DNA of 64,000 nt, from NCBI GenBank assembly GCA_031423775.1, contig JANPGF010000011.1, positions 31,502 through 95,501 on the forward strand. The letters run 5' to 3'. How positions within the stretch are numbered: position 1 is the first letter of the stretch; every line of letters starts with the position of its first letter. The DNA comes from Candidatus Kaiserbacteria bacterium. Its GTDB lineage: Bacteria; Patescibacteriota; Minisyncoccia; Phycocordibacterales; UBA918. A program made the position numbers and the translations under genes. The notes under the pieces are model-generated. The model made no database searches. It was not told where the DNA came from and saw nothing but the letters and a program-made list of their open reading frames with translations. Shown piece by piece: positions 9,993-19,601 of this stretch.

Positions 9993-10801
9993 CGTTTAGT
10001 CTCCTGTTTGTTTGATTGGCTGCGCGCGCGTTCGCTGCACAGTTGATCAAATACATTACTGAGTTTAAAGATGTCGTCTCGGCCAGCCAGTTCACGTAAT
10101 ACTGCTCGTTCCTCGGCGGTGAAAGCATCGGAAACGATCAGTTCGAGCAGGGGCTTTAGTCCTTGCACGAGATGTGCGGCACTCTGCAGGATGGTATCGT
10201 GTGACAATTTTGGTTTTGTTTTCTCGGGGGCCTTTGGCAGCATTGGTTTGCTGGTCAAAGGGGCTACTACTTCTGTCGGCACCACGGTAAGGATGGGTGC
10301 TACAACTTCAATAGCAATTGGCAATTTAGCCGCACCATACTGTTCGTCGAACAGTTGCTTTGCGACTTCCAGGTCCTCGGCGTGCTGATTGATGAATTGT
10401 CGCAATGCCGGTTCCCTCTCTTCAAGAATTGACCGGTCGTATTCAAATGCCTGGTACATCTTGTCGGTAGGTGTGGCACCTTGAAACCCAAAGCCATCGA
10501 TTGCGAGCGTTCGCGCGTCCATGACTCCAAGGGCAAACAATTTGATCGCGCGCTGATAGAGGGGTCGGATATTCACAAATTGCGGTATGGTGTAGCCTAG
10601 TTGGGAGAAGAAGGCGATTGAGCGCCATTTATTCCCGCCAGTTGGGTTGTTTTTCCCATTTAACCACCGTGTGATGGTTGGGTTTTGGCTCGCCCCCGTG
10701 AATTCGCCTAGTAAAAGACGCCTAGGGTCGTTCTTAGGAAATCGCGTATTAAAGTCGCGAAAACATTCCTCCAGTGTGAGTGGGTGACTAGTTATCTGCA
10801 T
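9989..10801 (-). CDS. Hypothetical protein with HTH-like N-terminus, overlapping the ATPase start
   Basis: TITRWLNGKNNP; 4-bp ATGA overlap. Confidence 0.6.
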   Translation of the reverse strand: MQITSHPLTLEECFRDFNTRFPKNDPRRLLLGEFTGASQNPTITRWLNGKNNPTGGNKWRSIAFFSQLGYTIPQFVNIRPLYQRAIKLFALGVMDARTLAIDGFGFQGATPTDKMYQAFEYDRSILEEREPALRQFINQHAEDLEVAKQLFDEQYGAAKLPIAIEVVAPILTVVPTEVVAPLTSKPMLPKAPEKTKPKLSHDTILQSAAHLVQGLKPLLELIVSDAFTAEERAVLRELAGRDDIFKLSNVFDQLCSERARSQSNKQETKR

Positions 10802-10996
10802 GTGTAGTTTCCTTGTGTCAAAGGACAATTTCCCTAATCGCCATCATAGAGTGTTAATTATGTTTGTCAAGAAGTATATGCAATTATATACTTATTTTTC
10901 AACCTATTTCAATAAAATTCACACAAAAACTCACCACCAATTTTAGAAATTTTATCTAAGACCAGACATTATTTAAATTATCGGTATACTACTGCT

Positions 10997-11275
10997 ATGG
11001 AATTCTCGGAACGCGGCATTCAAACACTAGAAAAAGAGGGTTTTTCTAGTGTTTCAGAATTAGTTGGTTCTCCTGATGTTGTGCAGTCTTTTCCAGAGGC
11101 TCTGTCCCCGGTTGCGCTACTCGTGACTGACGGGATGCTTACCGTGGTATACGGCAGTACCACACGTCATTTACAGGTTGGAGACAGATTAGATATTCCA
11201 AGCTCTGTCCCTTATGTTATTTCAGCTGGTCCGACTGGCTACCAGCTGATTTTTGGCGAAAATAAGGAAGTTTAA
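10997..11275 (+). CDS. Cupin-fold small protein
   Basis: VTDGMLTV...LQVGDRLDIPSSVPY...GPTG. Confidence 0.6.
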   Translation: MEFSERGIQTLEKEGFSSVSELVGSPDVVQSFPEALSPVALLVTDGMLTVVYGSTTRHLQVGDRLDIPSSVPYVISAGPTGYQLIFGENKEV

Positions 11276-11333
11276 TTGTAAAATCAAAGTATTTTAGTAT
11301 AGTTGCTGATAGAGGTACCTTACAGGAGGTGTC

Positions 11334-12065
11334 ATGGGAAATAAACGACTGATTTTGCTTGATCATGCGATACGAAGAATCAAACACGGGGACGAACACG
11401 GTCGTCGGACTCAGCTGAAAACCATGCAAGTGCTTGATATTATTGGGGATCCACGCCTCTATGTCCCCTATCGTGGAAAAGTCAGTGACGGACGAGTGTT
11501 TTTTAGTGTAGTAGACCAAAAATGCTTGGTGGCCTGGATCGAAGAGTGCGATACTCACTACAAAGTGCACACGGTTGAAAATCATCACAACCTAATCCCC
11601 TTGCCAGTACTCTTGCGTGCCGAACAAAAAGTGCTTGGTGATATGGGATTTATGCGGCGGTTCACAAAACCCCCTGCGGACCCATCCTCTGATGCTATTT
11701 GCCGAATTAGTTCGGGTGATCTAACCCTAACCTTGTCCGGGTATCTGCATCAAGGTATCAGTTGGTGGCGTTCTGCGACAAATGTTAGGCAACTCCTGGG
11801 TTTTATCCAGAAACACGATCTTGACGGTACGGAATCGTTGATTCTTAACGGTCATGTGTGGCATGGTCGCAAGGAACGCATAGTGGAATGGAGTGAGCGG
11901 TTCCCTCTCACCTTGCCCCGAACACTGTACCAGGCGGGCAATCAGCCTGGCACAACGCCAGATTTTGCGACAATCACTGCACAGGTACTGGAAAACAACG
12001 CAGAAAGGAGGAAATTATGTCTAGTAAAAGACAATTACGTTGGCGCTCGTGCGAAAAGAAAATAA
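11334..12065 (+). CDS. Hypothetical protein
   Basis: 243-aa ORF with SD AGGAGG. Confidence 0.6.
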   Translation: MGNKRLILLDHAIRRIKHGDEHGRRTQLKTMQVLDIIGDPRLYVPYRGKVSDGRVFFSVVDQKCLVAWIEECDTHYKVHTVENHHNLIPLPVLLRAEQKVLGDMGFMRRFTKPPADPSSDAICRISSGDLTLTLSGYLHQGISWWRSATNVRQLLGFIQKHDLDGTESLILNGHVWHGRKERIVEWSERFPLTLPRTLYQAGNQPGTTPDFATITAQVLENNAERRKLCLVKDNYVGARAKRK

Positions 12066-12220
12066 AACACGAGTCCCAAGACCAGGCATATGTTCATAGG
12101 CGTCGTCTACCTGGTCGCTATTCCGTGTATAAGTGTACGTTTTGTGGCGGTTGGCATGTTGGACGTGCGACCAAAGAAGTAAAACAAGCAATGGCTGCTC
12201 GCCAAGAACGTAAACGGTAA
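12017..12220 (+). CDS. Small C/CxxC/H zinc-finger protein (phage-like)
   Basis: SD AGGAGG; C..K..H...A, YKCTFCGGWHVG. Confidence 0.65.
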   Translation: MSSKRQLRWRSCEKKIKHESQDQAYVHRRRLPGRYSVYKCTFCGGWHVGRATKEVKQAMAARQERKR

Positions 12221-12320
12221 AACATACACCGGCAGATTCGTCTGCCGGTTTTTCATTGCCTGACTTGTTGATAGTCTATAAATGAACACTGCTAACAGTA
12301 TATAATATACATGCTTTGCT

Positions 12321-13004
12321 ATGACAAAAGTTGGTACCTACAAACCTGAAGCCTACGAACAAGCCGTTCAATTTCGGCGTCGCGGCTTCACATACTCTGA
12401 AATAGCCAAGATTTGCGCCGTTTCCCGTGGCACTATCAGTAATTGGCTTAAAAATGAAGACTTTTCGCAAGTCGTGGCCAAAGATAATCAAAAGAAAGCC
12501 GCTCTCGATAATACAAAACGATTATCTTTGATTAATAAAGCTCGCAATAGCGAACGTAAAAATCAGTACGATGCCATCGTAAAGGCTGCGGAAACAGAAT
12601 ATAAGCATTATCGTACCTCCCCGCTCTTTACGGCCGGCCTAGCGCTCTATATGAGTATTGGTGACCATGCTGACGCACGAGTGATTCGTGTAACGAGTAG
12701 TAATAGTAACTTGCACCGCATCTTTATCAGATTTGCTATGGAGTATCTCGGTGTTGAGAAAAAAAATCTTCATATTTGGCTCCTTCTCTATCCTGATCTG
12801 GACGAAGTGACCTGCATGAAACACTGGATCAAGAAAACTAGCCTGAATGCCAGCCATTTCTACAAAAATCAGATAGTAAACAGCCGTAGCAACAAAGCCA
12901 CGTTGCATTTTGGTGTTGGAAATACTATAATCGGCAGTACTTTGCTCAAGCGCAAGTTAGAAACCTGGCTACAGCTTGCAACAAAGGAGCTTACAATCAA
13001 GTAA
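12321..13004 (+). CDS. HTH plus degenerate LAGLIDADG-like protein, paralog of 3549-4226, ending 2 nt before tRNA-Gly
   Basis: RRRGFTYSEIA...RGTISNW; GLALYMSIG. Confidence 0.65.
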   Translation: MTKVGTYKPEAYEQAVQFRRRGFTYSEIAKICAVSRGTISNWLKNEDFSQVVAKDNQKKAALDNTKRLSLINKARNSERKNQYDAIVKAAETEYKHYRTSPLFTAGLALYMSIGDHADARVIRVTSSNSNLHRIFIRFAMEYLGVEKKNLHIWLLLYPDLDEVTCMKHWIKKTSLNASHFYKNQIVNSRSNKATLHFGVGNTIIGSTLLKRKLETWLQLATKELTIK

Positions 13005-13006
13005 AT

Positions 13007-13077
13007 GCGGCCATGGTTAAGTGGTATAATGAGTCCTTGCCAAGGATTAGTCGGGGTTTCGATTACCCCTGGCCGCA
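13007..13077 (+). tRNA. tRNA-Gly(GCC), no encoded CCA
   Basis: Acceptor GCGGCCA/TGGCCGC; anticodon loop TT-GCC-AA. Confidence 0.93.
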
Positions 13078-13430
13078 CTTATGAAAAAGACCCTCACACG
13101 GGGTCTTTTTCATATGTGCGGCCAGGAGAAAGGTGCCTGCGCACCTTTCGGGGTAATCGAAACCGCCTGAATGATGTAGCTTTGCTACGAATGAGGCGTG
13201 ACCCGCGGCACTTGCTAGATTTGGAGCCGTTAGGCGAACAAATATAGCTTAGTGACCGTCAGGTTTCGATTACCCCTGGCCGCACATATTAAGAAGACAC
13301 CCTTCTCTAGAAGGGTGTCTTCTTAATTTTGCCCGGGTAATCGAAAGCCCGATTGAGCTATATTGGAAGCGTAGCGCACCAATCTAGCCAATTGGGGTAC
13401 TGCTCCTGTAAGGAGGCGATTACCCCCCCC
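13078..13430 (+). repeat. tRNA-3'-derived palindromic elements (two units)
   Basis: Antisense tRNA pieces 13117-13126 and 13150-13164; direct 23-nt copy 13262-13284; further antisense T-arm near 13335-13346. Confidence 0.8.
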
Positions 13431-13467
13431 ATAGTCAGATTTACACTCTCCATCTATACTTCTACCA

Positions 13468-13932
13468 ATGAATCCTCCAGTGATAGTCTACTTCCACGGT
13501 ACAATTGCTGAACAAGTAGCAGCATTAGTCGCGGTCCCCCACATTGCATACGCAATTGAATCAAATCTAGGTTCAGTTGAAGAGATTGTGCATAAACTAC
13601 AGGTCCTTAAACCACCATTAATAATTGCACTCGGCTCATATTCTGGTCGAGATAGTGAAAACCTACGAATTGAGTGTCTGTGTAATACAAAATGGCGTAA
13701 TACAACACTGAGTCAATTCCCTATTACATATATTAGAACTGCTCTACATGAAACAAAAGTAAGTAAGTTTACATACAAACATGGCAATTCCTGGTGCAAT
13801 CTCCTATCGCTGCAAGCAATTAATACAGAGGAGATAAGTAATGTCTATAATTTCATCCATATACCGAAAACATTTCATGTGGAACTTGCGGCCCAAGAAA
13901 TTATCAATCAGTTGGAACTAATATCAAAATAA
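13468..13932 (+). CDS. Pyroglutamyl peptidase I (C15)-like protein
   Basis: IIALG, LRIE, GNSWCN, FIHIP. Confidence 0.65.
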   Translation: MNPPVIVYFHGTIAEQVAALVAVPHIAYAIESNLGSVEEIVHKLQVLKPPLIIALGSYSGRDSENLRIECLCNTKWRNTTLSQFPITYIRTALHETKVSKFTYKHGNSWCNLLSLQAINTEEISNVYNFIHIPKTFHVELAAQEIINQLELISK

Positions 13933-15101
13933 CCCGATTCAAACTTATCCCCAGTTCCCTGCGACACCTGACCGATAAAGCGGTCACTCGTCTCTGACAC
14001 AGTGTCACGTGAAAGGGGGATAACTGAGTGAACATGTGTATAAAGGACAAAACATAAAAGACAAGTATCCTATACACATATAGCTTAAAATATAGATTGT
14101 CTCGATAAAACTGTGTATAAGTAGATGAAATAAATGTACCACGTGAAACAAACAAAGCATATTGCACGTAGAACAATGGATCAGTCCAAAAACTTCGTGT
14201 GCTGGTTAGAATGTGTTTACTTAAATCATCTATTGTTGCACGTAAAACGTAGAATTGAACCAGAAGTAATTAATTAACCCAAAATAACAACGTTGCATAT
14301 GAAACTAGTGTTTTAAACAGTTCACATGTACTAGTCCAGGTAGCAAATGATAAAATTGTGTTACACGTGCAACCTAAAGACAATAAAAAGCTTCAAAATA
14401 AGGTAATTGGCAATCAAGGTGAGTTAATCACTGCAAATTTTCTTACACAAAAAGGATTTACCTTTATTGAGATGAATTACCGTCGAAAATGGGGAGAGAT
14501 TGACGTTATTGTGCAAAAAGATCAGAAAATACACTTTGTTGAGGTAAAAACTGTTTCATATGGAACTAAAGCTGATTTGGAACGGGCTGTTACACATGGC
14601 ACGTGGCGTCCCGAGGAAAATGTCCATGCGTTTAAAATTAAAAAGTTGTCTCGGGCAATAGATAGCTGGATTGCCGATAATAAATGGAAAGGAGACTGGC
14701 AAATTGATGTAGCAGCAGTAAGAGTTGTACCACGTGAAACGTACGCAACAATTAAGATAATTGATAACGTTATTTTGGGATAGGGAATTACAGTTTCATG
14801 TGGAAAGATACAGTTTGTGTCATGTGGAACTTCATCAGTCGCCTAAATCTCTATTTGATTCATTAATCTCACAATCAACCAGACAGTCATGGTTAATAAA
14901 CCACTTCATGAAAAATGTTGTAATTGTAATTGTCACAAAAATGAAGATTTTAAAAACAACTTGTTTTGATTCATTGCAAATATTTTACTAATTATTTTAG
15001 GTTTCAGTTGTTCTGTATTTATGATTAATAGGCAGTCTCTACCAAGTAATTATTCGATCTTGTATTAAGAATATACAAAAACACCAGTTTCATATGAAAC
15101 T
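13871..15101. promoter_or_regulatory. Cluster of about 12 parS-like 16-bp palindromes
   Basis: e.g. TGTACCACGTGAAACA 14135-14150, TGTTACACGTGCAACC 14359-14374, TGTACCACGTGAAACG 14726-14741 versus consensus TGTTNCACGTGAAACA. Confidence 0.8.
14358..14783 (+). CDS. yraN: YraN (UPF0102) family endonuclease-like protein
   Basis: G..GE, NYRRKWGEIDVI, FVEVKT. Confidence 0.88.
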   Translation: MLHVQPKDNKKLQNKVIGNQGELITANFLTQKGFTFIEMNYRRKWGEIDVIVQKDQKIHFVEVKTVSYGTKADLERAVTHGTWRPEENVHAFKIKKLSRAIDSWIADNKWKGDWQIDVAAVRVVPRETYATIKIIDNVILG

Positions 15102-15117
15102 GGTGTTTTTGTTGTTG

Positions 15118-15188
15118 TCGGGGAGCAGAGAATCGAACTCTGACCATCCGGTCCCAAACCGGATACACTACCACTATGCTACACCCCG
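15118..15188 (-). tRNA. tRNA-Pro(TGG), no encoded CCA
   Basis: CGGGGTG start; anticodon loop TT-TGG-GA; GTTCGATTC. Confidence 0.93.
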
Positions 15189-15270
15189 ATGTAGCCACTA
15201 ATTATTAGGTGCTTGCGTGTGCAAGTACTGAAATCAGTTGCATTGTTATATCATATTACGATTAAATCGT

Positions 15271-15648
15271 CTAATGCTTTTTGCGCTCCTCTGCGTGTAG
15301 AATACGGTGACAATTTGCACAAATAACAGCACATTTAGCAATTTCAGCCTCGAGTCTTTTAATTCCATATTGTTAGTAATAGTAATCAGCAATACTAAAT
15401 TCCTTTTTACTGGTATCAAGATGGTGAAATTCGAGCACTCTCGGATCGGTTATTCCGCAACGCATGCAGCCTTGGAGTTCCTTAGTAGTCTCAATTAATT
15501 CTCGACGCTTTGCTTTTAGTGCGTTTTTTGTTTTTCTGTAGCAAAAACGGCATTTTTGTCTTCGATAAATTTTTAAATCAGTTGTTTTTGCTACGCCGAA
15601 ATCTGTTTCTGGGTATGAATTTCCGCAATATCGACATAGCTTCATCAT
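15271..15648 (-). pseudogene. Zinc-finger HNH endonuclease with one in-frame TAA (15373-15375)
   Basis: CRYC, CRFC, CMRC, LEFHH; frame continues past stop as QYGIKRLEAEIAKCAVICANCHRILH to TAG at 15271. Confidence 0.8.
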
Positions 15649-15752
15649 AGTGTAAGTATATGCAACATGAGCAATGTATAACAGGTCCCAAAAATTAAGA
15701 CTGTGAATATCATTTCCCAAAGCATTAGTAATAAGGCACAATAGAGGCCTAT

Positions 15753-16676
15753 ATGATTACCTACTATTTCCGTACTATTAAAGACGATTCCTTGAAAACG
15801 CTTGATGAGGCGCGGACGGGGGTGTGGGTGCACGTGGTCGCCCCAACAGCTGATGAAATAACCAAGATTATCAAGGATTTCTCACTTGATGATGATATTA
15901 TCGAAGATGCGCAGGACTTTTTTGAAGTACCGCGACTCGAACGGTCGCAGGGGGCAGCGTATTTCTTTACGCGCTATCCGTTTGCAGATCAAAAAGAGGG
16001 GACTGACACCGCACCGCTCCTTATTGTAATGGGGGAATCGTTCGTATTAACGCTGGCTCTGCGTGAAGTGCCACCCTTTAAACGTTTGATTGAGGGTAAG
16101 GAAATGGTGGTCACCACGCAAAAAGCCAAGCTGTTTATTCAGATTATGGACGCACTGACTCATTCATTTGATACCGAATCAATGCGTTTACGTAAGGCTG
16201 TGCAAAAAGATCGGGCTCGACTCCATAAAATTGGTCCCCGCGATATCGAGCGATTGGTAGGCTACGAAACGCGTTTGAATACCATGGTTGATGCCCTGAC
16301 TCCTACCAATAGTTGGCTCCAACAGGTACCAAAAGGTAATTTTATGCAGCTTTTTGCTGAAGATATTGAAACAATGGAGGATTTGGTGATTGCGAATAAT
16401 CAGGTGGTGAACTCAGCTCGCTCAATTTTAAAGACAATTCAGAATATTCGAAGTTCAATTGAAGCTATTATGACGAGTCGTTTGAATAACTCGCTCCGCA
16501 TCCTGACTGTGGTGACTATTTTGCTGACTGTGCCAATGGTAGTAGCTTCACTCTATGGTATGAACGTTGAATTACCGTTTCAGCATAGTCGATACGCTTT
16601 TGTCGGGATTATCACTACTAGTATCACTGTGATGGGTATTGCGTTCACTATTTTCAAGAAAAACGACTGGTTTTAA
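15753..16676 (+). CDS. corA: CorA-family Mg2+ transporter
   Basis: YGMN motif; two C-terminal TMs. Confidence 0.92.
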   Translation: MITYYFRTIKDDSLKTLDEARTGVWVHVVAPTADEITKIIKDFSLDDDIIEDAQDFFEVPRLERSQGAAYFFTRYPFADQKEGTDTAPLLIVMGESFVLTLALREVPPFKRLIEGKEMVVTTQKAKLFIQIMDALTHSFDTESMRLRKAVQKDRARLHKIGPRDIERLVGYETRLNTMVDALTPTNSWLQQVPKGNFMQLFAEDIETMEDLVIANNQVVNSARSILKTIQNIRSSIEAIMTSRLNNSLRILTVVTILLTVPMVVASLYGMNVELPFQHSRYAFVGIITTSITVMGIAFTIFKKNDWF

Positions 16677-16759
16677 CGAATTTTTCATACAAATGTCCCC
16701 TGTGGATAAGTTGGTAAGAATTGGTCAGGTGCCCCGTCTACATATATAATGGTTCCCAC

Positions 16760-17341
16760 ATGAAGGGTCATCAAACGACAAATACTATGGGAACCCACGA
16801 AGCAAGTTTTTTGAAAGCTTTTGAGGATTATAGCGATGCGCTTTTCCGGCACGCTACGGTTCGTATCAGTGATCGGGAACGGGCGATTGATTTGGTGCAT
16901 GACACTTTTACAAAAGTATGGACCTATGTCCGAAATGGTCATGACATCGAGAGCTACCGGCCGTTTCTCTATAAGGTGCTCAACAACTTAATTATCGATG
17001 AGTACCGCAAGCAGAAAGAAGCATCTTTAGACGCATTGCTTGAGCGGGATGGAGTGGACGAGGGATCCTTCGAAGAGCTGCGGGAGAGTAATGTTGAAGC
17101 GCTTGCTGCTACCATTGATGGGAAACAGGCGCTAGATCTCATCGCTACGTTGCCGGATGTCTACCGCGAAGTACTGATTCTCCGCTTTGTAGATGGGCTT
17201 GGCCCTCGAGAAATCAGCGTGCTGATTGAAGAGACTGAAAATGTAGTGTCAGTTCGAATCCATCGAGGGCTGAAACAATTGAGGGATATTATCGAGGGGG
17301 CCACCAATGAACGTGAAGCAAACCGCCTTAGGGCACAATAA
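16760..17341 (+). CDS. ECF RNA polymerase sigma factor
   Basis: DLVHDTF..W, FLYKVLNNLIID, L..LPDVYREVLILRF, VSVRIHRG. Confidence 0.92.
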   Translation: MKGHQTTNTMGTHEASFLKAFEDYSDALFRHATVRISDRERAIDLVHDTFTKVWTYVRNGHDIESYRPFLYKVLNNLIIDEYRKQKEASLDALLERDGVDEGSFEELRESNVEALAATIDGKQALDLIATLPDVYREVLILRFVDGLGPREISVLIEETENVVSVRIHRGLKQLRDIIEGATNEREANRLRAQ

Positions 17342-17350
17342 ATTTTAATA

Positions 17351-18715
17351 ATGAAACGCTTTAGCGAACAACTTCATAAAAAATCTTTACTTATCCGCAT
17401 GAAAGCGGTCGAGAAAGATGAATTACGCGCACGTGTAGCGGCGTTTATGGAGTACCATCCGCTTGCTGCGACAAGTCAGACTGTGGTCCGTAAGGCCCCT
17501 GTTTTGCCGCCATTCCGAGTCATTCGAATTCCAGCGCTCTATATTCGAGCAGGGATTGGAGCTTTTATGATGCTGCTGATAGTCGGAGTGCCCGCGTTGG
17601 CTGAAAAATCTGTACCGGGTGATATTTTATATCCTATTAAAGTCCAGGTAACAGAAGAAATTCGTAGTTCGCTAAATCGTGACCCGTATCAAAAGGTGGC
17701 ATGGGAAACAACTCGATTAGAGCGACGTATCACCGAGGCTCGTCAATTAGCGAAAGCAGGTAAGCTTACGCCAGAGGTCCAAGCGAGTGTGCTCGAGGCC
17801 GTACAGGCGCAAAAGGAGGTTACGGTGAATCAAATTGATTCGCTCCGTACGACTGACGCTGAAGGTGCTAGTTTGGCTCAGCTTACCTACGCTACAATGC
17901 TGGATGTACAGTCGTCAGTATTAAAGGCTGATGATAGTGCCAGTACGACCGCCGGTAAATCAACCGTTGCTCTGGCTGATGCTATCGATGCCAGTTTGGT
18001 TGAAGTACAGAGTAAAGATGACTCCGCTGCTGTTTCAGTCGAGCGTTTGCAGGCACAGCTCGAACAAGAGACTACTCGGGCGTATGAACTATTGCAAAAT
18101 ATCGGGCAGATTGCTACTGAACAGGAACATAAAGACATTGAACGACGCTTGTCTGATGTTGATCATAAAATTGAAATGGCAACCAAAGACACTACAAATG
18201 ATCTCGAATCGCGTCAAACTGAACTCCGTAGTGCGTGGAGTGATATTCAAAAGTTGATTTCATTTATGACCGATATTGATGTTCGTGGGGCCCTCGCTAT
18301 TGAAACCTTGGTTCCTGTAGTGCCAACTGATTCTGAACGTTTGACCCTGATTGTGCAGCATACTGCAACTGCTTCAAATAATTTAGATCGAGTTGAGAAG
18401 GGGATTGATGTGGTAAAAAATCCAGCTATGCTTGCCAAAATTACCCTCTCGATTCCACATTCATATGAACTCCTAAAGCAAGCCAGTACGAGCATTGCAG
18501 CGAATGACATTGATTCTGCTGAGGCAGCGGCTACAGAGGTTCTTGATCTAACGACATCGATGTTGGCACTAGCAACATTCCCTGAAATTACCGTTACAAC
18601 TCCTATTGCGACAGGTACTGCTGCTACCACAACCGCGGTTACTGCTTCGACTACTGTCACTGGTACTTCTACCACCAGTACCGCTACTGCTACCGATACT
18701 ATCTCAGTAGAGTAA
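17351..18715 (+). CDS. Membrane-anchored putative anti-sigma / DUF5667-like protein
   Basis: Follows ECF sigma; TM then SVPGDILYPIK; Thr-rich tail. Confidence 0.65.
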   Translation: MKRFSEQLHKKSLLIRMKAVEKDELRARVAAFMEYHPLAATSQTVVRKAPVLPPFRVIRIPALYIRAGIGAFMMLLIVGVPALAEKSVPGDILYPIKVQVTEEIRSSLNRDPYQKVAWETTRLERRITEARQLAKAGKLTPEVQASVLEAVQAQKEVTVNQIDSLRTTDAEGASLAQLTYATMLDVQSSVLKADDSASTTAGKSTVALADAIDASLVEVQSKDDSAAVSVERLQAQLEQETTRAYELLQNIGQIATEQEHKDIERRLSDVDHKIEMATKDTTNDLESRQTELRSAWSDIQKLISFMTDIDVRGALAIETLVPVVPTDSERLTLIVQHTATASNNLDRVEKGIDVVKNPAMLAKITLSIPHSYELLKQASTSIAANDIDSAEAAATEVLDLTTSMLALATFPEITVTTPIATGTAATTTAVTASTTVTGTSTTSTATATDTISVE

Positions 18716-18794
18716 AAAAGTGAAGACAGACAGAAAACCCACCTTGTACAGGTGGGTTTTCAATTTTTAGCGAGAAGAGGTACAATGCGAAAGT

Positions 18795-19547
18795 ATGCAG
18801 CCAAAAATTTTACTCATACAATTTAGACACAATCCTGTTCATAGTGAGCTTGAGACATCAAGTATCGTTCGTGAACTTGGGCCGGCCGTGGCAACATATC
18901 GTGTCTCAGCTCTCGACGATTCTATTGATTGGAATGATCCAAAATCGTTACTAGAGTCGTACGATGGGCTCATTTTAGGCGGATCGGGGGATTTTGATTT
19001 TGATGGAGGAAGAGATGTGTCTGATGTAGCAAAAGTTCAGTCGTATACCTTGTTGGAGCGACTGCGACCATTGTTTAATTATGTTTTTTCGGTTGATTTT
19101 CCTACCCTTGGCATCTGTTTTGGTCATCAGATGGTCGGTGCCTATTCTGGCGCTGTAGTGAGACATGATCCACTGCAAAAGAAAAGCCGATCACATAAGG
19201 TATTTGTGGTGGCGGCAGAAGTACCTGCGTTGCTGTCTGGGATGCCTGACACTTTTTATGCACACTATGGACACAAAGATAGTTTAGATCAGGTACCAGC
19301 CGGGGCCACACTTTTGGTGCAAGGTGGAGCTGAGTGTCGAGTATCGGCGCTACGTTATTTAGAAAATATTTACACCACGCAATTTCATCCAGAATTAACA
19401 GTAGATGATATGTATAAGCGTCTGGAATTACTGCCCGGATATTTGCCAGAAGGAGTTGATGTTTCAGCTGTATTTTCTGACGCCACTGAATCCAATCGAA
19501 TTCTACGAAACTTTTCTGAACTAGTTATGCGGTGTTCGGAGCGATAG
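18795..19547 (+). CDS. Class I glutamine amidotransferase
   Basis: LGICFGHQ, QFHPE. Confidence 0.9.
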   Translation: MQPKILLIQFRHNPVHSELETSSIVRELGPAVATYRVSALDDSIDWNDPKSLLESYDGLILGGSGDFDFDGGRDVSDVAKVQSYTLLERLRPLFNYVFSVDFPTLGICFGHQMVGAYSGAVVRHDPLQKKSRSHKVFVVAAEVPALLSGMPDTFYAHYGHKDSLDQVPAGATLLVQGGAECRVSALRYLENIYTTQFHPELTVDDMYKRLELLPGYLPEGVDVSAVFSDATESNRILRNFSELVMRCSER

Positions 19548-19601
19548 CACTACAACTACATAAAAACACCTCACGTTGTAACGTGAGGTGTTTTATTGTG
19601 A

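Noticed and set aside
13262-13284. Prophage or island attR at tRNA-Gly
   Set aside because: Duplicated tRNA end is only ~200 bp from the tRNA and there is no integrase; treated as a small element instead
14780-15060. oriC
   Set aside because: AT-rich and next to parS-like sites, but no cluster of good DnaA boxes and no dnaA in the window
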